Source of the DNA: Podarcis liolepis | Taxonomy: Eukaryota | Length of the DNA: 64,000 nucleotides | Strand: one strand, 5' to 3' | NCBI GenBank assembly: GCA_965112155.1 | Contig: OZ218106.1 | Part shown: positions 37,511 to 49,508 of the stretch, piece after piece | Numbering within the stretch: the stretch's first letter is position 1 | Layout of the letters: each line of letters starts with the position of its first letter | The notes under the pieces: model-generated | The model's input: only the letters and a program-made list of their open reading frames with translations | What the model was told of the DNA's origin: nothing | Databases searched by the model: none | Position numbers and translations under genes: made by a program

Positions 37511-40500
37511 GGAGGGGGGGGACTTGTCCAAATCTAGTTGGGGAAACTTGGCTTGCATGTACTTTGCCAAATCGAGGTCATGTCCAGTCTTGCCTGAACA
37601 GAGCTGCTTATGTGATCTAAAAGGAAACTTATAATGGAATTATCTCAAAAAGCTATTGAGGTTGCAACAGTGAGGAATGGACACCTGTTTTCTCCCTCCT
37701 GGAAGCTTCCTTGAAGAGGAGGCAGAGTTGCAACCTTTGTACTAATGAAAGAAAGTGCAAGGGAGTGTGCGTATTTCTGCAGTTGTTTTCTTTAATCAAG
37801 CACTCAAAGCAATAATGGGCCTTGTATACAAAATATAGCGTAAGACTGTCTTTTCCTCAAGTTGATTTGATTTGAATATTATAATAATTCTGTGCGAATC
37901 CTGGGGATGGATAGAGATTGCATTGAGATGGAGGTAGAGAAGAGGTTATCTAAAGATGAGGAATGATAAGAGCTCTGTTGAAAGCTTCTATTGTTTGGAA
38001 AGAAAGCTAATGGAAGAGCAGCTCTTCGAGAAAAACAACCCCTCTTGCTGTACTCATGTTGCCTAGAATTCAGGAAAACACTGAGGAAGGTAGAAAGGAA
38101 GTGCATCTTGTGTCATTTTCAGAAATACATAAAGATTCCCTGCTCATCCAGGATTCAATGATAATAAGGGATTTCATATGGAGATCTTCCATTTTGTTAC
38201 TTTGCTATATATTAGGGGTATGCCATAATAAACCTTGTATCACAATGGGTGTATTAGTAAAATACTGATCTGTTTCTATGTGTATTTTGGTTTCCAAATT
38301 AAAGGGAACTAAATCCAGTGGTATTTCTGAAAGAAGTACCGGTAAATGAAATTCACTTTTCTCCATGAACCCTCATGAAGTGAGAGGGGCAGGATTTTGA
38401 CTCTTGTTCCTCTTTACCTAAAAATAATCATGAAGTGGATAAGTGTTATATATTCCTGTTTGTACAGTTGGTCAATCTTTGCTATTATATGTTTTGAGAT
38501 TTTAATGAAAACTTCAAATCTATGCCTGGGAGAAAGAGATGGTTCTTAAAAGCTGGAAGAGGGGAAATGAAATGTTTTAAAATATGTCATATGTTCATTA
38601 ATGCTCAATAACATTGTTTAGTCTGATCAAACCAATATTGGCTTTGAAAATGCACATAATATTGCTGGAGTAACATGGCAGGAGTTGACTTCACATCTGA
38701 AGAGCAGAAAATAACTATTGGCTACCAAGACTGACCAGAAAGCATAAACATAGACAGTTCAAATGGGGGGGGGAGTCCAGATTTGATTACATAAAGTTTG
38801 GATTCTTATTAATAAACCTGTGCTGGCAGTGGCTTCTTCCTAGACTTTGTTTAAGAAAATGCAGGCCCTTTGCAGACTGAGGTGACTGTTTCAGGCAGAA
38901 GATACTGGATGACAGAGCACCTGTAGTAATTCGCCTCCACACCAATGTCCTTAAGACCCCAAAGCTAGCAACCCCTAAGTTAGTCTTCTGCCACCTGGTG
39001 TGGCAGAGGACCCTGTCCTGTTGCCAGTATTTAAGCAATATTTAGCTGCCAGTCTGGTTGCCTTATGCTTTGCCTTTTTCCTTAGGCAGCAAAATGTCTT
39101 GGGCCAGCTGTGGTTAAATATGTGAAACTGTGTAACAGAATACCTAAGCTAATAGATATTTTGAGCCCATGTTATGCAAGGAAAAGACAGCAGACAGATG
39201 TAATATCTATTTCTGACTTATAAAATGGCAGCCACATCTGGAAAACATTAGCCTTCCCACTTAGTGGATAAATATAGTAACAGCAGTAATAGGCGTACTG
39301 AAATCCAGCATCTGTGGCGGATCAGTTCCAGTGAAAATTGTATCCCAATGCATAATTGAAAAGAATAGAGGACATTTAATGGCACCAGAAATAAGTATAC
39401 CTTTACTAGCACCCACTGCTAATTCTGTACCTCTCCAGCTTTTAACACCCTGTAAAGTGTAAACGAGGCAACAGAAGGCAAAACAGATTACGTGATGTTA
39501 TTTTGATACTTGGTTGAAAGCTAACATTTATATTAAGATTGTTTTCATATCTCTATTTGTCCATAATAAGATTGACATCTTGATCTGACAGAGCAGAGCA
39601 AAGAAAGAATACTGAGCCAATGGGATAGTTTTTAGGATCATGGTTTGGCTAGGAGGACATGGCATTTTTAATACAGTATTATTTTTATTTTTATTTTATT
39701 CATTTAATTTCTAAACCACTTAATTTTTTTAAGGAAAAAAAATCTCAAAGCAGTTTACATTAAAACATCAAATAAAACAATCCAGAAGAAAACATTACAG
39801 AGGAAAGTCAAAGATAAGGTATACATTCCAAAGCATTATAATTAACAGGAAACTAAAATATTAGCATAAAATGAAACATTACAAAGGAAGTCAAGTACAG
39901 AATACACATTTAACACAGCAAAGAGAACAAAAAACAAAATTGTATTAACATTTCAAAAGCTAAGGTGCTTAGTGATCTATAGCATTCAAAACAGCTGGCA
40001 ATCATCTGTTAAGACACTCTCAACAGATAATCGGTAGTGAAAGAACTTGTCATGCCCATTAACCAGTTCCAGCTCCCTCAAGTCACATATCCTATGACTT
40101 TGTAAGATTTTTATGCTATGAACTGTCCTGAGTTCTATGGATATAGAGCAGTATGCAAATTTAAAAAATAAGCAAAGAAGTTATAGTGCAGGAGGTGGAA
40201 AATGAACTTTTGAGGCTAGAGAGGTGAAAAAATTGCTTGGCTAAAGTCTGAGTAGCCTACTTGTGTTAAATTTAAATGTGACTTAGCATTTCAGGAAACA
40301 AAGCGCCTTGTTACTTCCTCTCTGACAATCTCTGGAATTTGGACCCTGGAAACAACAGCAGCAACATGTTAGCAGTACTCTCCCCCCCCCAACTGAACTT
40401 GGGGAAGGGACTCATGTCACCTCTTTGTCCCACAAGTATGGAGAAATTGTGGCCCTTGATGTTCTTGGAGTATAGCACCCACGATCTGTCTATTCTGGCT

Positions 40501-41724
40501 GGGGCTGGTAAAGGTTGGATTCGAACAACATCTGAAGGCCACAAGTGCCACATCTGAGCATTACATGAAAGGGACTTTGAGACCTTCCATCTTCTAGCTC
40601 TTCTGCATGGTCCATTTGCATGAGGGATTATAAAGATCTGTTTCCCAACTGTATACAAAGCTGACCTGAGTCACAAGGAGAACATAAAAAAACCTGGATC
40701 ATTTGGATCCATGGGGTACCCCATATTGGCATAAGGGAGAAAAGGGACTTCAATCAAAGGCCTGAAGGCCTGAAGGCCTGGTCAGAACAAAGCTGTAATG
40801 GGAGAAAGTGGTTCAGTTACTGTAGATCCAAACTTTGCCTTTTGACATATTTGGTATATTAATGTGGGCAGGAGTTGAGAAAAATGATCAACTTTGGCAG
40901 AAACACTGCTACTACACAGACTTTGACTGTTTTGGATATTCTAATGGGTCAGACTGACATTTTTAATAAGGCCAGTGTTAAAACTTTAATAGATAATGTG
41001 ACAAACTCAAGATGAATAGATCCTGCAGCTTTTATTTGAAAGGTAAGGAACACACAGAGGAAAACACATTTAGATTTCACACACCTGAATCCACAATCAC
41101 TATATACAGTGGCTAATAAGGCCTGTGTTATAATTTCATGGATACAGCCTCTTAGTTTTTCCTGAACAAAATCATACAGCTAGTTACATTACCCAGCTGG
41201 CCTTGGTTATACAACATTTTTATTCACTTCAATGACTTATCCTTGAGTAACGAGGCCCAAAGAGATCAAGTCATGTTGTTAAGAAATGGCAAGGCACAGG
41301 AGCAGCGGACCATTGAGTCATGCAATGATTAATTAGCAACCGTATTTTTATTACAGTGCTGTACTCCTATGCAACAGTAAATCTTAGAAAGCTAACTTTT
41401 TAATGTCCAGTAATAGACTCCTGCCAGTTTTTCAACCTCAGCCTCAGTCTTGGGACTGATTCATACATTACCTCCTACATCCCCTTAAAAAAAAAAAAAG
41501 TTCCCACAGGCTTTGCATACCTGGCAAAATGTGAAGTGCAAAATGCTGAGAGCTATGTACTTTGCAATCATCTATTTTGTATCCCAAACCAAACTATACT
41601 CTGCAACGTTAACTGAAGTTCTGAACCACAGCATCTGAGTTCTGTTTAACTGATGTGTTTAGAATGCAAAATTAGTACATTGGCATATCTGGTTATTTTG
41701 CATATACACTTCACATTGCTCCTG

Positions 41725-42280
41725 CAACAACAACAACAACAATTTATTATTTATACCCCACCCATCTGGCTGGGCTTCCCCAGCCACTTGGGCGGCTTCC
41801 AACAAAATATTAAAATACAGTACAGTGGTACCTTGGGTTACATACGCTTCAGGTTACAGACTCCACTAACCCAGAAATAGTGCTTCAGGTTAAGAACTTT
41901 GCTTCAGGATAAGAACAGAAATCGTGCTCCGGCGGCGCGGCAGCAGTGGGAGGCCCCATTAGCTAAAGTGGTGCTTCAGGTTAAGAACAGTTTCAGGTTA
42001 AGAACGGACCTCCGGAACGAATTAAGTACTTAACCCGAGGTACCACTGCAGTGCATCAAACATTAAAAGCTTCCCTAAACAAACAGGGCTGCCTTCAGAT
42101 GTCTTCTAAAAGTCTGATAGTAGTTGTTCTCTTTGACATCTGGTGGGAGGGTGTTCCACAGAGCAGGTGCCACTACTGAGAAGGCCCTCTGCCTGGTTCC
42201 CTGTAACTTGGCTTCTGGCAGTGAGGGAACCGCCAGAAGGCCCGTGGCACTGGACAGCAGTGTCTGGGTAAAACGATGGA
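41725..42280 (-). mobile_element. L2 LINE 3' end, split by a MITE
   Basis: ORF 42075-42392 reads RAFSVVAPALWNTLP...FRRHLKAALF (L2 ORF2 C-terminus); (CAA)n tail at ~41725-41742. Confidence 0.85.
41823..42048. mobile_element. Tc1/mariner-pogo (Tigger-like) MITE
   Basis: TIRs cagtggtaccttgggtta / taacccgaggtaccactg (17/18 match); TA on the left and CA (likely mutated TA) on the right; several internal ttcaggttaagaac repeats. Confidence 0.9.
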
Positions 42281-42624
42281 CAGTGGTACAGTGGTATGTC
42301 ATTGGGGGGGGGGAACAAAACTCTTTCCACCAGTGGATATCCAGCTCATTCTCACAATTCCCAACCAGGAATCTCAATAAGCATTGTATCAAATATTCAA
42401 ATCTATATACTCTATAGATTTCATATATATTTTTATGAATAACAATTGAGCTATTTCAGGATCTTCAGTTGTGCTCTCTTTCTACACTTGTGCAATCCTG
42501 GAACTGAAATATACTTGCAGCCCTATCTATGCATACCTACGTTTTGAAATTTTCTCAATCTGCCATAAGTGAACAAGGCAGAATGTGGAAGCCTTAAACA
42601 ATAAATAGGTTCAGTAAATAATGA

Positions 42625-42792
42625 GTGAAGTCTCATAATTCAGTGTTAGAGTATATGCTTTGCATGCATACAATCCCAGGGTTCAATCCTGGACACTTCC
42701 AATTAAAATAAGGATCAGAGAGCAAAGCTAGAAAAAACCACTCTCTTTGTGGGACCTTGGGAGCTGCTACCAGTCAGAGAAAGGCTAGATGT
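42625..42792 (+). mobile_element. tRNA-derived squamate SINE (Squam3-like), decayed
   Basis: tcagtgttagagtatatgctttgcatgc...gggttcaatcctgg (B box) ... gagctgctaccagtcag. Confidence 0.65.
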
Positions 42793-43073
42793 TTATAAAT
42801 ACCAATTGATTTTGGGTTTTCATTATAGTACCAGAGAAAGTGGTTGTGATCACTAGCTTTGTTTTTGTTTTTTATTAAGGAGGATTATAAAAAAAAAATG
42901 TGGATGATAGGTCTTTCATCAGCATCAGCCATGATAGCAATATCTACTAGGGGTTGTGTTGGGTCTCTTTGTGGGAAGCAAAACCAAGGTGGAATGAGAT
43001 GATTTAGAGGTCTTTCTCCTCTCTGAAATGAAAGCAAGATGTCAGTACCCCACAAGTCAGATCAGGGACACCA

Positions 43074-43225
43074 NNNNNNNNNNNNNNNNNNNNNNNNNNN
43101 NNNNNNNNNNNNNNNNNNNNNNNNNNNNNNNNNNNNNNNNNNNNNNNNNNNNNNNNNNNNNNNNNNNNNNNNNNNNNNNNNNNNNNNNNNNNNNNNNNNN
43201 NNNNNNNNNNNNNNNNNNNNNNNNN
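43074..43225. other. Assembly gap (152 N)
   Basis: Run of n. Confidence 1.
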
Positions 43226-43569
43226 ATATTCCATTTCTCATGGGCTTTGCAAGAAGTGAGGCTGTCCAAAATGTTGCCTGCAGAGCACTGAAGAGCTTTG
43301 GAATGTTTTTTGTTAAGGCTCAGCATCAGAGTATCTTTTTTCTTTTTAAGTTGAAAACTTCGTTTAAGCTTTTTAAAAATCCTTTGTTGCTCTGCTTTAA
43401 CAAACAAAAACATCCAGAGCATTTGAGAACATCTCAGGGTAGGTAACAAAAAAATTCAATGACGCACAATGACAAAACTGCAGTTGTGGGGACGCCTTTA
43501 TAAGCACCATATAACACTATGTTTATTGAACACTTGGAACCCTTATTGCTTGGAAACTCTAGTTTAGAG

Positions 43570-43975
43570 TCAGGACGGATGAATCTATCAATTCTAGTTT
43601 CTCTCACTTTCTTACCTTCAGTTTGCTACATTTCTTACCTTCAGTTTGCTACATTTCTGCATCAGTTTGCATTTTCTAAATAAGTCTTCATATATAACCA
43701 TTTTAATTGTTTGTTTCTCCTAATACACATATTTTGTATGCAGGTTTGACATACTTTTGCAAGCAATTTTCCTAATAAGGTGCTTTTTTTTACATTACTT
43801 TCCCTAATATATGTATTTTGGAAACATTTTTTGGTTGGGAAAAAATCATCACAAAATTTGAAGAAGCTTGAATTTCAAAGGATAGCTGCATTTTGGTTCA
43901 CGTATTGTTTCTGGAAGTGTGACTTAGGTAGGCTCATATTAAAATGTGAATGGACCTGAATTTCTTCCCCATCCT
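43570..43975. mobile_element. AT-rich MITE-like repeat with AGGGATG...CATCCCT-type ends (partial relatives at ~3868-3920, ~36010-36225, ~37150-37465, ~49520-49592)
   Basis: ggatgaatctatcaattctagtttctctca ... gaatttcttccccatcc; the same terminal motif recurs in both orientations elsewhere; contains an exact 23-bp tandem duplication at 43608-43653. Confidence 0.55.
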
Positions 43976-45534
43976 TTGCACAGGGTTGGAGGAGGCAACC
44001 TGTTGCCTGGGCAACCGTGCAATGCTCTTCCATGCTCTTGCTGCTCTTCGTGAGTCAGGACTTCCACATGGTTTTAATCATCTGCTGGTCAGGCAGGGGG
44101 TTTGGCAGGAATCATTCCAAGGCCATTCCAGATAAGAGTTATCTAGCAAATAATTGCCCACATAATGGGAGTTTAAATGAAAGTGCAGCTGATCTGGATG
44201 ACTCGGAAAAAATACCCACAAAGTTGCTTTGGAAAGAGCATTAATAAAATGTTGGTGTTCATGAGTTGAACTGGGACTGTTACACAAGCCTCCTCATGCG
44301 CTTTCAAGCTGTCTGCATTCACTTTTCTAAAAAGTGCTGTATATTTGTGACACAGACCCATGCCCTGCACTTGGGACATATGCAGCTTCCCTAGGCTTCC
44401 ATATGAAGAGGAGCTGCTGAGCCAGTCTTCTGCAGACATAAAAGAAGTAAATCAATTTGAAATCCATTAACTTGGATATTAAAATGCTCCTGTATTTACA
44501 GAAGGAAGAGAAACTTCTGTCAACTCCCCTTCTACCTGCCACCAACACACCATTCCCAAGGGTTTTACAGTCTGTAGGAGCAGGATTTCATGGCTTTAGA
44601 GGAAAGATGGAGGTGGAAAAACCCAGTTTCATGAATGGGACGTTCACTTTGTTCACGTAAGGAAAATCTGAATCCAAGCCCTTGTAATTAATTGCAATCA
44701 AAATGCAGAAATTGAGGTGTTAGGCCTGCAATAAGATGAGTAGTGCAAGCTGGTTAAACTCACATTAGAGCTGGATTGCTTGCAATTCTCACAGATCTCT
44801 CAGCTTGTGACAGCTCAGTTGCCTGCCTATTAACAGGTAGGCAGAGGTTATCTTCCAGGATCTTTGTTGACAGATTGACTGTTTTCATGAGGTTGAAAAA
44901 AACATATTATTGCTTGAAAAGATGAATGGAAGAACAACATGTAGAACATTCTGTAGGGCTAAGTTTTCTAAAGCCAAGGAACTGCTGTGAAATCACCGCG
45001 ATTGACGCAGAAGTCTGGCCGGCCTGCTGCTTAAGAACGCGCTGCGCCAGATTTTTTTTCCCCTGAAAGAGCATCTTGCTTGCTGTGACAGTTCTTTTGC
45101 TTGACTGGTTAAACTTCTTGACTGATCGAATTTATTGTATGGTGAGCCACATGGAAGCTGTCTTGGCTTGAACCATAGGCTCCATGAACTGTGGAAGAAT
45201 TTTCTTTTCTGTTTGAATTATGCTAGCAGGCGATATTAGAACTGTGATCATGAAATACTAGGTGATGACTTCAAGCTGTTTGTTTTGCTTTGCTAGACTG
45301 TTGTTCTGTAACAACACCTATACTTTTACATTATCATACTCAATAAGGAGGATGGTGAGTTATGAAGGCCACCATTTCTTCTTTTCCTGCTTTCTCTTGT
45401 AATGTTTGGAGGGAAACATTTCTTCTTCATATATTATTCTCCATTGCATTTTTCTGTCTTTTGTCTGTGGAAGAGAGAAACAACAATATCAATAGCATTC
45501 TGACATTCACATACCATAACTCAGTAGAAAAAAT

Positions 45535-45697
45535 GCTTGCAACATGGTTCTATGCAAGCTCATTCAGAAACCTCACTGCATTCAATAGGATTTACCCTCA
45601 GAATAGTGTGCATAGAATTGCAGTCTCACAGCACAGGCCCATGCATGTCTAACTTGGAAATTAATCTCAGTGAATTCAGTAGGGCTTCCTCCCAAGG
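45535..45697. repeat. Two adjacent copies of a ~80-bp palindromic squamate mini-repeat (others near 1440-1520, 7765-7862, 16258-16325, 54045-54105)
   Basis: ctatgca...ctcactgcattcaataggatttac...tgcatagaattgcag followed by catgcatgtctaacttggaa...cagtgaattcagtagggctt. Confidence 0.5.
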
Positions 45698-48600
45698 CTG
45701 AAATCCAGTACCCAGGATCGGCCCAATATATTTAGGCAACAGAGGTGAACTAAATGGTCTCCTTGCCTTCCAAAAGGGAAGAGGGAAGAGCCAAGAAAAT
45801 TGCTCTACTCACCCTCACTGATAACCTTCTCCTTTTATTGTCTAACAAACTGTAGCCTAACCATCTACCTCACCTGAAAATTATATTCTCCTTTAGCAAA
45901 ATGTATAGGCACCAACTGCTACTTCTCCTCTCATATTCAACAGCATACAGAAGCAGACAGACTGGCAGCTGAATCATACCCTGATGATAAGTCAGCATCT
46001 TCTACCACACCTGAGGACAATAGGAGGCCCAGAGCAGGCATTGTGATGCACACAGCTCTGCTTAGGAGGTGCAGGGCAAGCAAAGTTGGGTGCAGAGCTC
46101 TATCCTCCAAACTCTCACTGTGCTTCTTGTCTCTCACCACCCACCACCTGAGATGGTTGCCTAACTCAGAGTAATGATTGTACCAGCCCTCCCTGAGTTC
46201 ACTCTCCCAGTTGTTGTCAGCTGATCTGATCATCATGCCTTCTTTTGGCTTATTTCTTTGGTATTGACTGCAATAATATATATATTAGGTTAAATTGAAC
46301 ATCACTTATGTCTGCTGTGGCTGGCTATTTAGCAGCCTGTCTGCTTGCCTCCAGCTAATTAATGGATGCTGGACAGATTTGTTAGGCTGTTTTGCAACTG
46401 GATACAGTTGTTATATCACAGAGCGTATAAATTCTGGCAAACTGGGGATTTGATGGTGTTCTAGTTTTGAAGTGTGCACTTGTGTGAGAAAGAGAGAGTG
46501 AATCGTGAAGCTTTTCCTTGGCAAAATAATTGTTTTCCCCCTCATTCTTCAATAAGCCCCACTCCAGCCCCGCAATTGAGAAGATTCTGATGTATGTGAA
46601 GATAATGCCCAGATCACTGAGCTGTGTTCCTACTTGTTCCAGTGTGCATGAATCTAAATTTGTATAGAACTCTTCTGCACTGACACAAAGACTCCAAGGG
46701 GTGTGGCAGGCACAAGTGTCAGAATCAGGGTGGGGCATATGGAGTGTGTACATTGTTTGAGGTGGGGCAGATTGGTGCAGACTTGCTGGTCTCTCAACAT
46801 TAAGGGGTGTAAAGTGAATCCCCCTAGGATGACCTATTTCAAATTATAATAATTAGTTTTTGTGAAAAAATGTGCTAAGACTCATGCCTGTCAAGAACTT
46901 ATACCCTGTGGCCTGGGATTTCTTCCTCATTAGTTCAAATGTAGACAAGGGGCCATTAAAGAGCTTTGAGGGAAATGCACATTAAATACACTGTTCTTTA
47001 TTATTTCCACACATCTTTCAGTACAAAGCTTTCATTGGGGAAAAAGAAAAGGTCATGAGACTGAGAACATTAACTTCTAGAGCCAAGTCCTAGTGAGCCC
47101 GAATTCAATGTCCTCCATTGGTGTAACACAACCAAAAATTTTATGATCAGCTGTTGTGGCACATGCAGACTATTTATTATTATTTTTAACACTGATACTA
47201 ATGCTGCTGCTGATTTCTTATTGACTCAGCAGGATTAACATGTGCTTCTGATTCTTGCTCATTTTAATTTTTATATTGATATTTGGGGTTTGTTATCCTT
47301 TCAATTTTTGTATTGTTCTTAAGATTACTGGGAACTACACTCAAAGTTGTAAAAAAATGAAGAAAGACTATAAATTACTCGAATTAATAAATGAACTGCC
47401 TAGAATGTGTGGTGGATCACCTGAAAAGTAGTGAATTATGAACTAGAGAACAGAAAATGAAAGCCAAAAAAAAGCTTTTTAAAATATAACCCAGAATTGG
47501 CTAGACAGGTGGGGCGGGACCTTACACTAGATTCTCAGCAAATGGACTGCTGTTGCTTACAGGATGAAAGAGGCAAGGTACAAATGCACTGACAGAGCCA
47601 ATTCTGCAATCCTGAAGTTGTGACTGCAGTGTGCCAAACTCCCTGCTTGCTCTCCTCTTTCCCTCCCAGTAAACAACAGCACCCCACCTACCAGGAAGCT
47701 AATATAGTTGCTCTGTACCACCTGATGAGCCACTTCTGCTAGAACCCCAAGATCTAGAAACCAGTGCCAGGTGCAAAAGACATACAGGTAGCATGAAAGA
47801 ACAAGGTGCCTCTGAGCACATTCAGAGCCACAGGAAAGTCCACTTCTAGTTAGTTTTCCTCACTTCACCAGCCAGATTTAAATGGAAATTAGTTACTTTG
47901 TCCTTGCTGAATAATTGGATCCAGAAATCTGGATGTTCTGCAAATCAGCCAGTGATCTACCAGTAGATCCTGATCTACCTTCTGTTCATTTCTGAACTAG
48001 ATTTTATAAACCACAAAATTCAGTGCAATCACCAGTCATGAATGCTGGCCTACCAGGAGTTGAATAACCTCCTGAGCATTTGCTTGCTGTTTATCTGCAA
48101 CTGTAAATGAGGGCAGGGGGCAAGAGAAGAAAGCCACTTTACATGCCTGGATGCAGTTGTGGCCAATCCCCTGCAGCCTCTCCCCTCTCCTTCCTGGTAA
48201 GTAGCAGTGTCTCAGCTGCCAGGAGGTCAAATGAATGCTGCTGCCCCATGAAGCTGTCTACTGCTTCCTGATGGCCAATCTGTGTTGGGCTTCAGAGGCC
48301 AGCAGTTGTGCAGGCCTGCTGTATCTGAATCATAGTGGTTTTTGGTCCCTGATCTGCCAATTGATGAAATAATCCTAATAGCAGAAAGCAGTTTGAATGG
48401 AAACTAAATGGTTTTGCATAATTCTTTGAAGAGCATAACTAAGGAATGGTCTATGCTGCTCTGTTCTTAATTCTCTCAAGAGATTTACAGTTGTTCAATT
48501 CAGGAAATAACAAATGTCTTTAAATCATTGTCCTTTCCCCTCCCACAATATACTATCAAGAAGATCTGTTGCCAAACTGTGGCTTGCTCTTGTTTATTGC

Positions 48601-48984
48601 CGACATATATTTGCTGTAGTCTAATTATATATCAACTAGCCAGTTTAAGAGCCATAATGTGCACAATTGTATGCTCGTTAGCTATTGCTGTTGTGTGTTC
48701 TTTTTATTTTGAATAAAGAGACTTAAAGCAATGGATCTATAAAAGTGCCAATTATTGTGAGAAGCATGTGTGACATACTTCCTTCAACAATAGCAGCCTC
48801 TTATTTAGGAGGATAAAGTACATTCACTTACATCGCTGATTCTGAAGGCAGAGGAGATTACTGAGCTATTGCAAAAGCTCCATTCCCCTCTGGAGAAATT
48901 GCCACAGGATTGTGCCTTGGCTGTTCATATATCATGTACCTACTCTGTCTGTTACATCTGTTGCCCTGAAGTGTGGCTTACCTC

Positions 48985-49508
48985 ATGAAGAGTGTGCTTC
49001 CACTGACCATCATGCTCCTTCTGGGGTAGTCTATCCATATTAGGTCTCCACCCTGCACTCATCTCTCACCTGCGGCTCCTAGAAGCTGACACCATGTGAC
49101 AGCAGCCTCACCCTGGGAAATGGCTTCAACTGGCTGGCTAAACCAGGTGAAGGTAGCTGATGGGTCTCAAAGCCTTGATGAGTTAGTGGCTTCCCCTGCA
49201 TGCAAAGACAAGCTCCAGCACTTTGAGTGCATGAGACCAGTAGTGGGTCCAACAGTCAATAAGGTGGTTTCTGCACATGCTGTAGCAGGAAGTGAGGGGC
49301 AGATGGGGCTTGTCAACTCAGGTAGGTAGCCCATTGATGAGAATAAAAACTCTGATCCTAAACGTCCACTGCCTTGCGGGAGACCTTCAGGAGAAGAGAG
49401 GGCTAAGGAGTAAACCCTACACAAATCCGGAGTGGAGTCCCTTAAACAAATGAATGACGTCTTGTATGCCTCCTTCTGGCAACTCCTGCAGCCAAGGTGC
49501 CAAACGTT
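48985..49508 (+). mobile_element. Probable 5' region of an RTE-clade LINE
   Basis: GC-richer block with aaaactctgatcctaaac and ggagtaaaccctacacaaatccggagtggagtccc motifs that I associate with RTE 5' regions; family assignment is from memory only. Confidence 0.4.

Noticed and set aside
41845-42006. Regularly recurring ttcaggttaagaac units resembling a CRISPR-like array
   Set aside because: Short, irregularly spaced internal repeats of a TIR-bounded MITE in a eukaryotic genome; no cas genes
43004-43449. ORFs of 76-135 aa spanning the N run
   Set aside because: They are open only because of the assembly gap
47722-47762. CTGATGA...GAAAC as a third hammerhead
   Set aside because: No stem II closing pair before GAAA and no stem I/III complementarity
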